From the NCBI GenBank assembly GCA_037379345.1, contig CM074518.1:11532001-11596000 (forward strand): a stretch of DNA of 64,000 nucleotides, in the 5' to 3' direction. A program made the position numbers and the translations under genes. The notes beneath the pieces were generated by a model that saw only the letters and a program-made list of their open reading frames with translations, was not told where the DNA came from and made no database searches. The stretch comes from Perna viridis (taxonomy: Eukaryota). Shown here piece by piece: positions 49,901 through 61,900 of the stretch (its first letter is position 1; every line of letters starts with the position of its first letter).

Positions 49901-52900
49901 AGAAATAGAGTACAAAATATACTTATTACACATGAAAAACTTCAATGAGAGTGAATATTCAAAAATGGTAAAGTTTTTGATAAATTTAAAAACAAAAGAA
50001 AAGATAGTTGAAGAAAGAAAAAGAAAGGTAGAAGATAGTCAAATCCAAGAGAAAACAGATGATAGTACAGACAAAAAAAACCCCAAAAAATTTTACTAGT
50101 CGAATTTCTATTTGGCTAGCAAGATCAATATTCCACTAGCCAGAATTGCAAGTTGGGAAAAAATTGGTTTCCCACACTGGCATTTCATTTTTGTGGACCC
50201 TTGTGTATTATTGCCAAATATGATATACTTAGGGTATCTACTTTGAAAATTTTGTCCTATATATATATAGATAAAGTGTTAAACATGTTTCTCTTTTAAG
50301 ACCACAGGGGTCAAGTCACCAGTTATGTATCTCTAAAACTAAGAGATATTGGAAAACAAATGCGACTGTCCTTCTTTAGCTCAAAGAGCTCTACTAATGT
50401 CTTCATTAGGTTGAAGTTGTAGAATGTCCTTGAAAGGCGAAAAACAAGATTTTTTGCAGTTTTTAGGCATTACCTTGAAAACTTTCATAGATGGGAAAAA
50501 AAACTTTCAGATGTGATACAACTCCTTATTAAAGTTATTGCCCTTGAACAGCGAAAAATGACTTTTTTGCAGTATTTAGCCAATGTCTTAAAAACTATGA
50601 TAGATAGAAACAAACTTCCAATTAATTTAATGATTCTTATGAAAAGGCCTACGAAAGTTTTCATGTATAAAAGTTGTAGGATGAATCCCTACTTGAGTTA
50701 ATGCCCATGAAATAGAAAAAGGAACCAGCTGAGCAATTCAGGCTCCTTAGAGCCTGTAGTTTTTTATCCAGGTTTTCATAATGAAAGATCTTCAACTGTC
50801 TCAATTTTATGTATGAATAAATTAAAATAGTTTGCGTGTTTAACTTAACCAATTATTTGAATTTAAAGTTTTCATTACTCAATCATCCCCAGTAAAACCT
50901 ACATATTTACTCTTTTAAATACCTACAAATAAAAATGAAAATTTAGCTTGACTCATGAATTAACACTTGCATATCATGGTGAAGTATTTTTGTAGCCTTA
51001 ATAGTATAAAGTATACCAGTGTTCTCACCTGCTGATCTGCTGTTTTCTGGCATTGTGGCTTGTCCCTCACAGGTAAGTTTAGTTCTTTGGCAGAATGGGC
51101 TGCCTATCACAAGTAAATTTAGGGTGGGTGGCCATGCACTGGAAAATTGGTCTGTTTCCTGAAAATGGTCATTTTTTGGCAGGCGTGGGGCTCACCAGGG
51201 CAAGACTGTGACCAAAATGTAATTTATTGAAAATCTGTGTCCACTGATGCTCATTTAAGCCAAATAAGATTCATTACAGTTATAAGTGGGAGGTTAGAAG
51301 TCCCTAGAGGGGTCACTCATGATAATAAATGATTTTGTGGAAATTTTTGGCTTCAGATTCAGTTAAAACTGGGAGTGGTTAGTATAAGGGGTTGACATCG
51401 TGGGAGTGGTGAGAGACATCATTATTCTATAGAAACCAGGTGAAATGAAGCAGTAAGGGTCAATTTTGCTGTTGTTTGAAGCAGAGAAATGAGCTCCACC
51501 CTTAAAAAAATCAACTTTTTGTGGCCACCCCAACTCATGACCTCTTGCATTTTAAGTTTCTTCTTTTAACTGATTAAAGGCAGACAATGAAGAAAAACCA
51601 ATACATAGGATCCCTGTCATTTAGTCATGTCAACTGGCCATGATAAAAAAGGAGGGATATCTTAATATACAAAGATGACAGCTTTAACAATTGAAAACTT
51701 ATTATCTTATGTTTGCTTAAATTTTGTTGTATTATAGCTGGAGCCAGAAGACTGCTTAGCATTATGGGGCATGATAACCTATAATGGAGGGAGTTGTCAA
51801 CAGAAATTGGATGAAAAATGTACTCATTTGATCACCATGGCAACAGACGGGGTAGGATTTAAAACTTTAACAGTGATAATACACAAACATAAACATTTTA
51901 TTTTACAAGTTTTGCAGAATATAATTGTTTCTAAAGTGCAGTTAGCTTTTACAGTTTCTTACATGGGATTAGAATTTTGAGAATGTACCAATTTTGATCA
52001 TCTTTAGAATTTCCATCATTCTTAGTAAAAAAAGTCCTGATTTCAGCAGAAAAAAAATGATAAAAGATAAAAGAATGCATAGCACTCTTTTATCCCAATC
52101 ACTGCATGTTATAATATAAAATTAAGGTAAGAAACAGGGATGTTGCTGGGATTCACCAATGTCATGATTCATGATTTGTTTTATATGATCTAGGTACTGA
52201 AATAACCAGTTGGTCATTTTTTGGGGGCTAGATTTTGTATAAATGAATGAAATTGGTAGGAAGTTTGTCATCAACAATCATTCAGACTGATCAATATGTA
52301 AATATGTACATGTATTAAGCCCATTTTGTCAAAGGAAAAAAATGTGGTCTTATTCACATAACTAAATGCAAGCTTGACAGCCCTGTTAAATCGGTATTTA
52401 CATTCAGAAATTTATTACTTCATAATATAATACATTCATTCAGTTAACAATTAACTTTATGAAATTTATACTACAAGGCACCATTGCTCAAAAGGAAGGC
52501 TGGGATTGATTTTGGGATTGTCACTTGAACTGCTTAGGAAATAGGGTCTAAATAGGGGCTGGAAACAATCATCTTCATTATTTCTGGACGAAAGCCTGAC
52601 TATAAATGAATGGATCTCTTTGAAATTGTACCACACTGTACCATACTACAAAAGGAAGACTGGCATTGATTTTGGTGCTGTGACAGAGATTGATTACAGG
52701 GGTTGTAACCATTATGGGTCAAATAGAGGCTACTTTGATTCTGGTCAAATTTTTGCCCTGTCTTAAATTCTTAAATAGAATTAAAATTAAGAACAGTAAC
52801 AAGCTTGAATGGTGTGTTCATATTTGCCCCAACTGTTCAAGGTTTAACATCTTGGGTCGTATCAAGCTGTGCCCAGTGAAGCATTTAATTCATAGACTCT

Positions 52901-55900
52901 CTCTTACTCCATTTGATCCGTTTGTTTAGGTGTAATGTAATCATTTTTTTTATTTAATTTAGAGGAACTCAACAAAATTGTAATAACCTTAGTATGTCTC
53001 CGTAGTAATTGTACATTGGTCCATTGCTTTATTTTGAATTAAATCTGGTTATACAATTGAAGGACACGAAGGATATTAATAATTAGGGGTTTTTTTTATT
53101 CTTCAAATCCTGATATTAATATACAAGAATGGAATTTTTTTTACTGTATGTTTACTTCCAATTTATTCCCTGAATATATGATGTAAAAAAATGCGTTTCT
53201 AGTAGCCCGACCAACCGGTCATTTTATTTATTCATTGCCAACTTAATTTTTTTCAGCAAATTATTTTTTTTCCAACAGTTAGTCTTCTTACAAATGTTTT
53301 GATTTGTTTAACTATACTAATGTGTTCTTGGATCTGCCAAAAAATGGCCTCCTACTGACCAATTTTTATTTATTTATTTATTTTTTTTTTTTTTGGAACA
53401 TTACTGAAACACACATTTTTTAAGACCTAAGGATTTTTAATTGAACCGTATCCACCAGTACTTATAATTTTGCCAATTTCAGCATTTACCTCATTCCTTT
53501 TTTCTCTTGCTGGACCATCCTCTTTAATGAACTATTATTACAAGCATGAAATTTTAAATTTCTTTTGATAGGCCAAGTATGAAAAGGCAATGAAGCATGA
53601 AGGCCAAATCAAGATAGTGACACCTGACTGGATAAATGACAGTATAGAAAAGGGTAGCCCACTGGAAGAAGAGATATACCATCCAACACTAATAGTCTAT
53701 CCTCCACCTGACCCTCCAACTCCACCTACTCCTCCCCCAATCAGAGTCCCTACTCCACTTCCTCCCTTACAACCTATGGAAACAATAGAATCTGCACCAC
53801 CTGTCCTTGAAAAGTCTAATGTTGGTTTACCTAAACCAATTTTTACAGAGGTCCAAGAGAAAGCTCCCAGACCAAGGACTCAGAAGTCACCCAAAAGATC
53901 ACCAAGCCATCAGGAGTTCATTGCTAGGAGCATGCCTAATCAGGTGATTTCTCAGCAGCTAGCTGCTGCAGTTCTAGATCGACGTTTGTCCAATGAAGAT
54001 AAAGGATACCTTGATTCACCCAGTAGTACAGCACGCCCCGGCACTCCGAGTGGCACTGCAAGAGAAGCACTTGCTCGTATGGTCAACAATCGTATACAGG
54101 TTTGCTTGATCGACTCTGCACGACATGCATGTCTACGATTGTTGTGTCTCTTGCATGCTCCCAAACCAGACAGAGATTTGTTTATTTTTCCCCATTGAAG
54201 TTCTTTCTTCTATATCATTCAAATTTCTGAAGCTAAACTGCTCATTGTTTAAAAAAAAAGGTCCTGTCTAAGCAGTGAATTGAGCAAAGATTTTTTTTTA
54301 CTTTGCCTAATTAAACATCACTATACTCGGCGTCACATAAATAACATACTGTTAAAATTTGAATAAAAATATTTTCTACCACTTTATTGACACCTACCGT
54401 CGTTTAAATTGTCTTAAATGACTTGCTCATTCGTTTAGCCAAACGGCTTCTCCCTACATATTGAATCGTTAAATTCCGGTCAGATTTTAATTTTCGGTGC
54501 CAATATTTACATTGTAAAAAGTCGGCCATGTTTACAGTGATCGGGTTGCTAGGAGATGTTGTTTACGTTTAAATGGTTTGTCCAAAAACCGAAGAACCCA
54601 GAATGCATTTCAGCGTTATTTCGGATATCTCGGATTTATTTTACGCAAACAACGTACAATACTGAGAAGTTGATCAAGCAGACGATTGTCACTGGAGTTC
54701 GACGGGAACTTACGAAGTTCGTTTGTAAACAAATCGTCCCGTAGAAACCAACATGGCAGATATTAGTATGGGATTTTCCCGTAAGGAATTGTTACGCATG
54801 ATTTAAGCTAATAAGCGACTTGTTTAGGGAGAAGCCGTTTGGCTAAACGAATGAGCAAGTCATTTAAGACAATTTAAACGACGGTAGGTGTCAATAAAGT
54901 CGTGAAAAATATTTTTATTCAAATTTTAACAGTATGTTATTTATGTGACGCCGAGTATAACCAATCTGATTATTGGAAATAGAGTTGAAAAATGGCTTTG
55001 TGACTATTGAATAAAAAAGATTTTATAACGTTGTAGGTATGAGTTGTTGAATTTCAGAAGTTGAGTTTTGAATATAGAAAGAAATGACTTTAGACTACAG
55101 CTGTTTATTGTCATCTTAATTTGAATATATTAACCAGGTGTCCTTTATTTAATCCCCTTATTTTTTAGTTGAGTGTCAACAATAGGAATGTCAAGTATTA
55201 TAAGAGAATGATTTTTTAGTCTTTGTCGTTTAAATACTCTGGTTCATCTTTTTGTGTGATTTTTATGAACTATGTATTGCAGTTTACGTAGTTTTTAAGA
55301 ATATTTTAGCTGTACTTGGAAATATTATGGCATGAAAATATACCAGAAATTGCAAATTTATTTTTAAGATGACGTTTTCAAAATTTACAAAGTCTCTAAA
55401 AGAGTTGACATCCCAATTTTATGATTTAAAAAATGTGATTTTAGGTAATGTCATCATGAAAATTTGAACATGTACAAATTTTTATTTAAATGATATATAT
55501 ACATGTATTTTGAAAATGAAATGATTAATGTACGTGAAGTACCAGTATGTCATTCAATGTTAAAAATGTGAAAATCAAATCCAATGCAGAGAGGTCTAGT
55601 CATGTAAAAAGCTATAAGATAGTTTGAATTGATTTGAAGGATGTAGTAGACCTGGTAAAGGTAGGAAAAATGCTTGTGATTTCACCCAACAAAAGGTAAT
55701 TCATAGATGAACCATACTATAATTAGTAATTTGTGTGATGATGCTAAAAACAGTATGAGAAGACAGTTGCAATTTGTTCAATAACATGTTTTCCTGCAGG
55801 GTGTTGGTCCAGGAAACCGAGGCGGTAACATACCAGTACCCAGAATGCCAACCATTGGCCAGTACCCATTCCCATCACAGTTACAATTCCCTCCAGGAGG

Positions 55901-58900
55901 TGGCCCTCCGCTTACTCCAGAATTCCTCTCCCACATGAGGACTTTGAGAAACATTACTAATAATGCAGATCTAAGACAAGTACGCCCTCCACAGCCAAGT
56001 GATAAGGTAAGATTTTATACACCCTCCACACCTAAGTGATAAGGTAGAATTTTATACACCATCCACAGCCAAGTGATAAGATAGGATTTTAAACACCCTC
56101 CATAGCTAAATGATAAAGTAGGATTTTATTGAAGACAAGAACACCCTTCATACCCAAGTGATAAGGTAGGATTTTAATTATTTTTTTAATTTTTTTCAGA
56201 AACAATTTAACTGTGTACATATAAATTTAGAGACATTTGATAGTTTTTTGAAACTATACATCACAATGACTGGTTATTTTTATTTTTTATTTTTTTTTTA
56301 AATATGTGGTCAAATTTTTGTTTAATTTACTAAGCCATGTTAGAGTTATTGCTGTTTTTCAACATTTTTTTGCTTTTTTCAATGTTATTTCTTTCAAAAA
56401 TCTTTTCCTTTGACACTACTTGACCAATTGGAACCAAACTTGGTATGAAGGTCCTTGGGGTATCCTGCATTGAACTGATCATTTGATTCGTCTAAAAACA
56501 TGGCCACCTTACTAAAAAATAGAACATAGGGGTCAGACAGTATTTTTTCGCTTTAAAAAACTGCTGATATGATCCTTATTAGAAGACCTACAAGTCTCCA
56601 GGGATAAAAGTTATCAGACAACTTCTTGTAAGAGTTATTGCCCTTGAAAGGGGAAAAAATTACAGTCTTTTTTTCCAGTTTTCAGCTAATATCTTGAAAA
56701 CTATGATAGATAGATAGAAACTTTCAATTGCTGAAATGATCCTTTTGACTAGCCCTACCAAAGGCTTCTTGAGTCAAAAAGTTATCAGACAACTTCTTGT
56801 TAAATTTATTGCCCTTGAAAGGCAAAATTCAATCAGGTGGGCAATTCAGGCTCCTGGGAGCCTTTTGTTTTTGTTTTTGTTTTCTGCATTTCAGTGTAGG
56901 TTTTTTTTTCCATGAGTTAATCTCCTTGACAAACTCACTACTTCCATTTGTCTTTGATAGGGAGAAGTTTTTGGAATAAATTAGGTAGACAAAAAATATC
57001 AATATTGTTATATTTCAAACAGAACTTACTCAAACTTCTCCTTTTCATTGATGTCTAGATTAGTTGAATTTTCATTTAAACTGTTGCACAGAAAAAAATC
57101 TTAAACATTTTTAATAACGTAGACCCTATGATCATAATTGGTATTTCTTATTTCCAGGTCAGCCAGATGTTAGGTTTGAACATGCAGATTCCAAGACGAC
57201 AACCTCCTCCACGATACACTCCACCTAACCAACAGAGAGTTCAACAATTACACCAACCTCCAACATATATGGGACACGAGCCCACAGATAATGGTAAGTC
57301 CTATCCTTTGAAAGTATTCTGAGGGTAAAGTTCTTTGAGACATGAACCCACAGATAATGTAAGTCTTTTCCTATGACGGAATTGGGAAAGTATGTAACTG
57401 GGCATCTTGTATAAGTAATATGGAAGAAATTCAATGAAAATGACTGTCAGCTTAAAGTCTGAAAAAATACCAATCTTATTAGTTAATCATTAATCCTCAT
57501 TTATTAACAGTAAACTTTTATAATATAAATTATTTTATACATGTAGTTCATCAAATGGGACTTATTTACATTGCAAATAAATGTATGAAAAACCTTAATT
57601 CAGTGCTGTTTCTTTATGAGATTTCATTGCTGTCTAAAAATGAACACTATCAATGATTTATATCGACTGTTTTCAATTTGATTTACTAAACATTAATTGC
57701 TCATCTTCTTTAATAAATATATTTGTTTGCTGTGTAATAATAAACTTATGAAATCAATGATGTTTGTTTCAGTACCATCTGATATGTGTCTTCTTGGCTG
57801 TGTGTTCTTTATTACTGACTATCAGAAACTACTGGGACAAGAACAAATTGACAACTGGAAGAAGGTAATACAATCAATACTGTGCTTTGGCTACTTGTAT
57901 ATTCTCAATTGAGCTGAAAATTTCAGCCAAACTAAGAAAAAGATGGTGAGTGCAGACTTTTCGATTTTTTACTACTTAATTAAAAAAAAAATCATGTGAC
58001 TTTTTTTCAGTCTGTTTTACAAAGACTGAAAAAATTGAATTGAAAATCAAATCCAAAATTGATGACATTTTTAGTGTCATTTGAAATATATATAAGACAT
58101 GAAATAGGCTTGCAGTAATAAAAAAAAATGTAACAAGAGAAAGAATTTTTTTCCTAATTCATTTATACAAGTGTTTTCTTCTAATTAATTACAACCAGCT
58201 TCATGGTCACTGCTTCTCCACCAAGATAGAGACAAAGGCTAAGTTTTTAGTCAGAATGGAGTGACATGCCTTCCTGAGTGCTGCTGCTTAAGTGAACTAG
58301 CACATTTTGAATCACACTTAGCCTGTCAAACTAGTACTAAATAGGGTCTGTTCGATTAGTCACTCATTGTCATCCTTAAGTTGATGGAGTATCTGCCATA
58401 AGACATGAAACAACAATCAATCTGTTAATTACAGATAATAGAACAACATGGAGGACAAGTGGATACTTCTTACTCCAACAGAATTACCCATGTCTTAGCT
58501 GCTAACCAGCACAGTGATGTATTCCATCTGGTAAGGTTATACACATTTCTACTATATAAAATAAATACATACCAAAATGTGCACACATGACAATCATTTG
58601 TAGTGCTTTGTTTGCTTACTCCATACGATTATTGTTTTTTAGATTTACATATGAGAATCATGCATGAAATAGATGATTTATCCATTTAAATTGTTTTGTG
58701 ATTATGTACAATTAAAACATTGTTTCCACAACAGTTTAGTTTCATTTATTATATATGTAGCATTTCTTTTTGTAAAGGTTAACTGGTTTGTTTTCCATTA
58801 TTTGGTATGAACCAATTTCTCAATTTTACTTCCAGTTTCTGTGGTTAGCTGTCTGAGACAAACCACTGTGTACAAACAAATAATGGAACACAAATCTTTG

Positions 58901-61900
58901 GTTGAAGTGGAACAAACCCTATAATGGGAAGCACCCCTAGTCTTTGTTTATGCTAATTAGTACTTCTTTTGTTTATATTAATTAGTACTTTCAATGATTC
59001 TAGATTGGCCATCTACTAACGGCCTGATCAGGTACAGATTTTGATGTATGGGGCTTGTGTAGAATTAGCGAATAGGTGTTGTAAATTTCTGATTAGACAT
59101 TGTATATTGATATTTTAGGTTTACCAAGTAAGTATACTGAATCATATTCAGGTACCATCTCAAAATACTAAAAGACAATGTTACAGCATATGTGGCCAGA
59201 AACTTGATGGTGCATGAGATATTGAACTGCTTTAAAGTTTCTTGTAATTTACTGTCTATTCATTATAAGTTTACTGAGATGGTCCCTTTGCTTGAAGTAC
59301 ATATTCAGAGTGGGGCTATATAGGAAAATAGATGGTCTTGGTACCAGTAGTGCTGTGTGTTTTGTTTTCAGTCTCTTAATCTTTGGTGAAAATTTTCAGT
59401 CATCAACCACTCTCTTCTTCATTTGAAATTTGTTCAAGGTCTATGGATCCATCTTCATATTTTCTCTTTTATGACCTGGGCATGTACTTAGTTTCATGAC
59501 TTAACCTCAGTCTGTCATTTTTCATTTGGTTAAATAAATTATTAACCAATGATATCAATTGAAACAAAATAGTTGATGATTTTATTTTAAGATACAAATT
59601 TACTTTCACTAATTAGGTGCCAATTATGAAATAGTGATATAATCACAACTTTTCATTGTTTAAGGACAAATAAGTTTTATAATGATGTTTAATCCTGGTG
59701 CCTTCCAGGTGTTAGTGTTTAAACAGAAGCTAGATGTAGTGAAAATGTCTTGTATGTTTTACTGATTAATTAAATGATAAATAGCTTCAGGGGTCAAAAG
59801 TTATGACCTGAAGTATATCATTAATGAAACATTTGATACACTCAGGTTTTTACCACTTTATGTAGGTACAAATTGTAAAAAAGGAAAAGATAAACTAATC
59901 AGTGGCAACAAAAAAAAAATCTGGAATTTTTGGTAAACTGGAAATGGAGATGAGACCGCTGAAAAAGGGACTTGTGACATACAAGTTGATGGAAATTTAA
60001 TAAGAAATTGAAAAATGATTAATCAATAAGTATTTATTGTACAACTTAATGTATAAGAAAATTGAGGTTCAATAATTATGGTTTGTGGACAATAATAGTG
60101 TCATATGATCTTTATTATTACCCCCATCCATTTATTTTATATTACCAAATTTTAAAACAAATTCATATAATTCACAAACATGATGGGTGTAAAAATGTAT
60201 TACAAAACATATATTTGTATTGCAGATGATAGGATTATGGGAGTGTTGATACAAGTTAAAGGAATATTTTATTATTTGTTATACCCCCGCTCCGAAGTAG
60301 AGGGGGTATACTGTTTTATCCTTGTCCATGTTTCTGTCAGTTTTCTCAGCAACTACTCATCACACTGGCTTGAAATTTTAAAACATGTCATATGGTGGGA
60401 TCCTTTTCAGAACTTTGTGTTTACAGAGGACTTTGTTTATTTTTTTTACTTTTTATTTGTGAAAGTTGAAACTTTCATCACTCTTTACTCAGCAACTACT
60501 CATCACAGCAGCTTGAAATATAAACATATTCTTCGAGTAGGTATGCCATAAGGTGAGATCCATTTTTTGGAAAAATTCGGCAACTTCCCGTTTACAAAGG
60601 ACTTTTGTTTATTTTCCCTGTATTGTGATTAAAGGTGGGTTATCACTACTCACATATTTCTTGTTTTTTGCCTTTAAAAGAATGAAAAGTGAGTCCATTT
60701 TTGTTTTCCTTTTAAGTTGTTAATAAGTTAGCAGGGAATTCTATGTACAGTGCTCTAGGATTGCAGAATTTTCTGCTTTAAATGAGCAAGTTTAATTTCA
60801 GAAACATAAAAATGTTACTTTCCCTCGGTTAATTATCACTTACTTCTTGTGTAGGGAATTTTGAACTCTTGATCCATGAAGGGTTCATGCTTATGAGGTT
60901 TGAGTCTGCATTTCACTTTTCTGTCATCTCTTAGATCTGTTGCATTGTGTGAGCCTACATAAGTTATATACTGTTGAGGCTTGTATAGGCTGGTTTGCTC
61001 TCTTTGAGCCTGTGTTTGTTATGGTAGAATTGCACCATGTCTAAAACTGGTATTGGTACAAATGTATATACATTATATTTGAAGTTAACACAGAGAACTT
61101 TTTCAGGTGTAGTTGGAAGGTGAATGATATCCTATCATCACAACATTACTAACTGTTACTAAATGTAACATTTTGTTTTTGTTAAGTAATGGTTGCACTT
61201 CATGTTTTTATGTGTTAATAAGACCTTGACAACCAGAAAGTTTCAATAAAAAAAAATACTGAATTTTCAAGTAAAATTTGCCTGTGAGTAAATACATTGC
61301 TATTCAGATAATTGAAATTACTATACAACCAAGTTAGAAATGGTAGCCTGCCCACAAGCCTGAGACTGGCTATTTTTTTGACAGAGCTAGTTAATTTTAG
61401 CAAAAATCTATATAGCCATGTAGTAAATATATTGAAAAAATGTATTCAGGAATGGCTAGAATTTGAGTGAGTTTCCTATCCTGCATACAATGAAATACTA
61501 ATTGTTTGTCATAGTATGAAAAATTTATTTTCCCTTTACCATGGTCTAGAGTACACATTGTACTTGTTATTTTGTTATTTATAAAATTTTATGATCTATA
61601 GTAGACTGGTTTGTGGTTAAGGCATTGCTGGAAACCCATGGTTGATAATGCTTAGACCCTTAACATTTCTGTTAACAAAATGTACAAAGTGCAATGAATT
61701 GTGGGTTTCCATTGATGCATTTAGTACAATGTTACATTGTTTTTCTAAAAAAATTTTTAGTACAGTTCAGAATTAATGTAAAGCCAAACTTACACTCAAC
61801 TGTATGCTTTCATTGTACTCATGTGAACCTCTATTGTACTGAAAATAACTAATATTTACATCTTGATTCTCCTGTAGGCATTAAGGGATCAGAGAAGAGT

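Larger units (their letters stand above)
49154..51011 (+). other. Probable U12-type (minor spliceosome) GT-AG intron, PAXIP1 intron 3
   Basis: Donor GTATCTTTTT; branch-like CCTTAAT at 50996-51002, 10-11 nt before an AAG acceptor; no polypyrimidine tract. Confidence 0.8.

Noticed and set aside
49893-50099. Lys/Glu-rich 68-aa ORF
   Set aside because: A-rich interior of a non-autonomous transposon; no recognisable transposase motif.
60180-60551. 123-aa intronic ORF
   Set aside because: Overlaps a HINE-like repeat and is not needed for PAXIP1 frame continuity (exon 10 joins exon 11 in phase 0).
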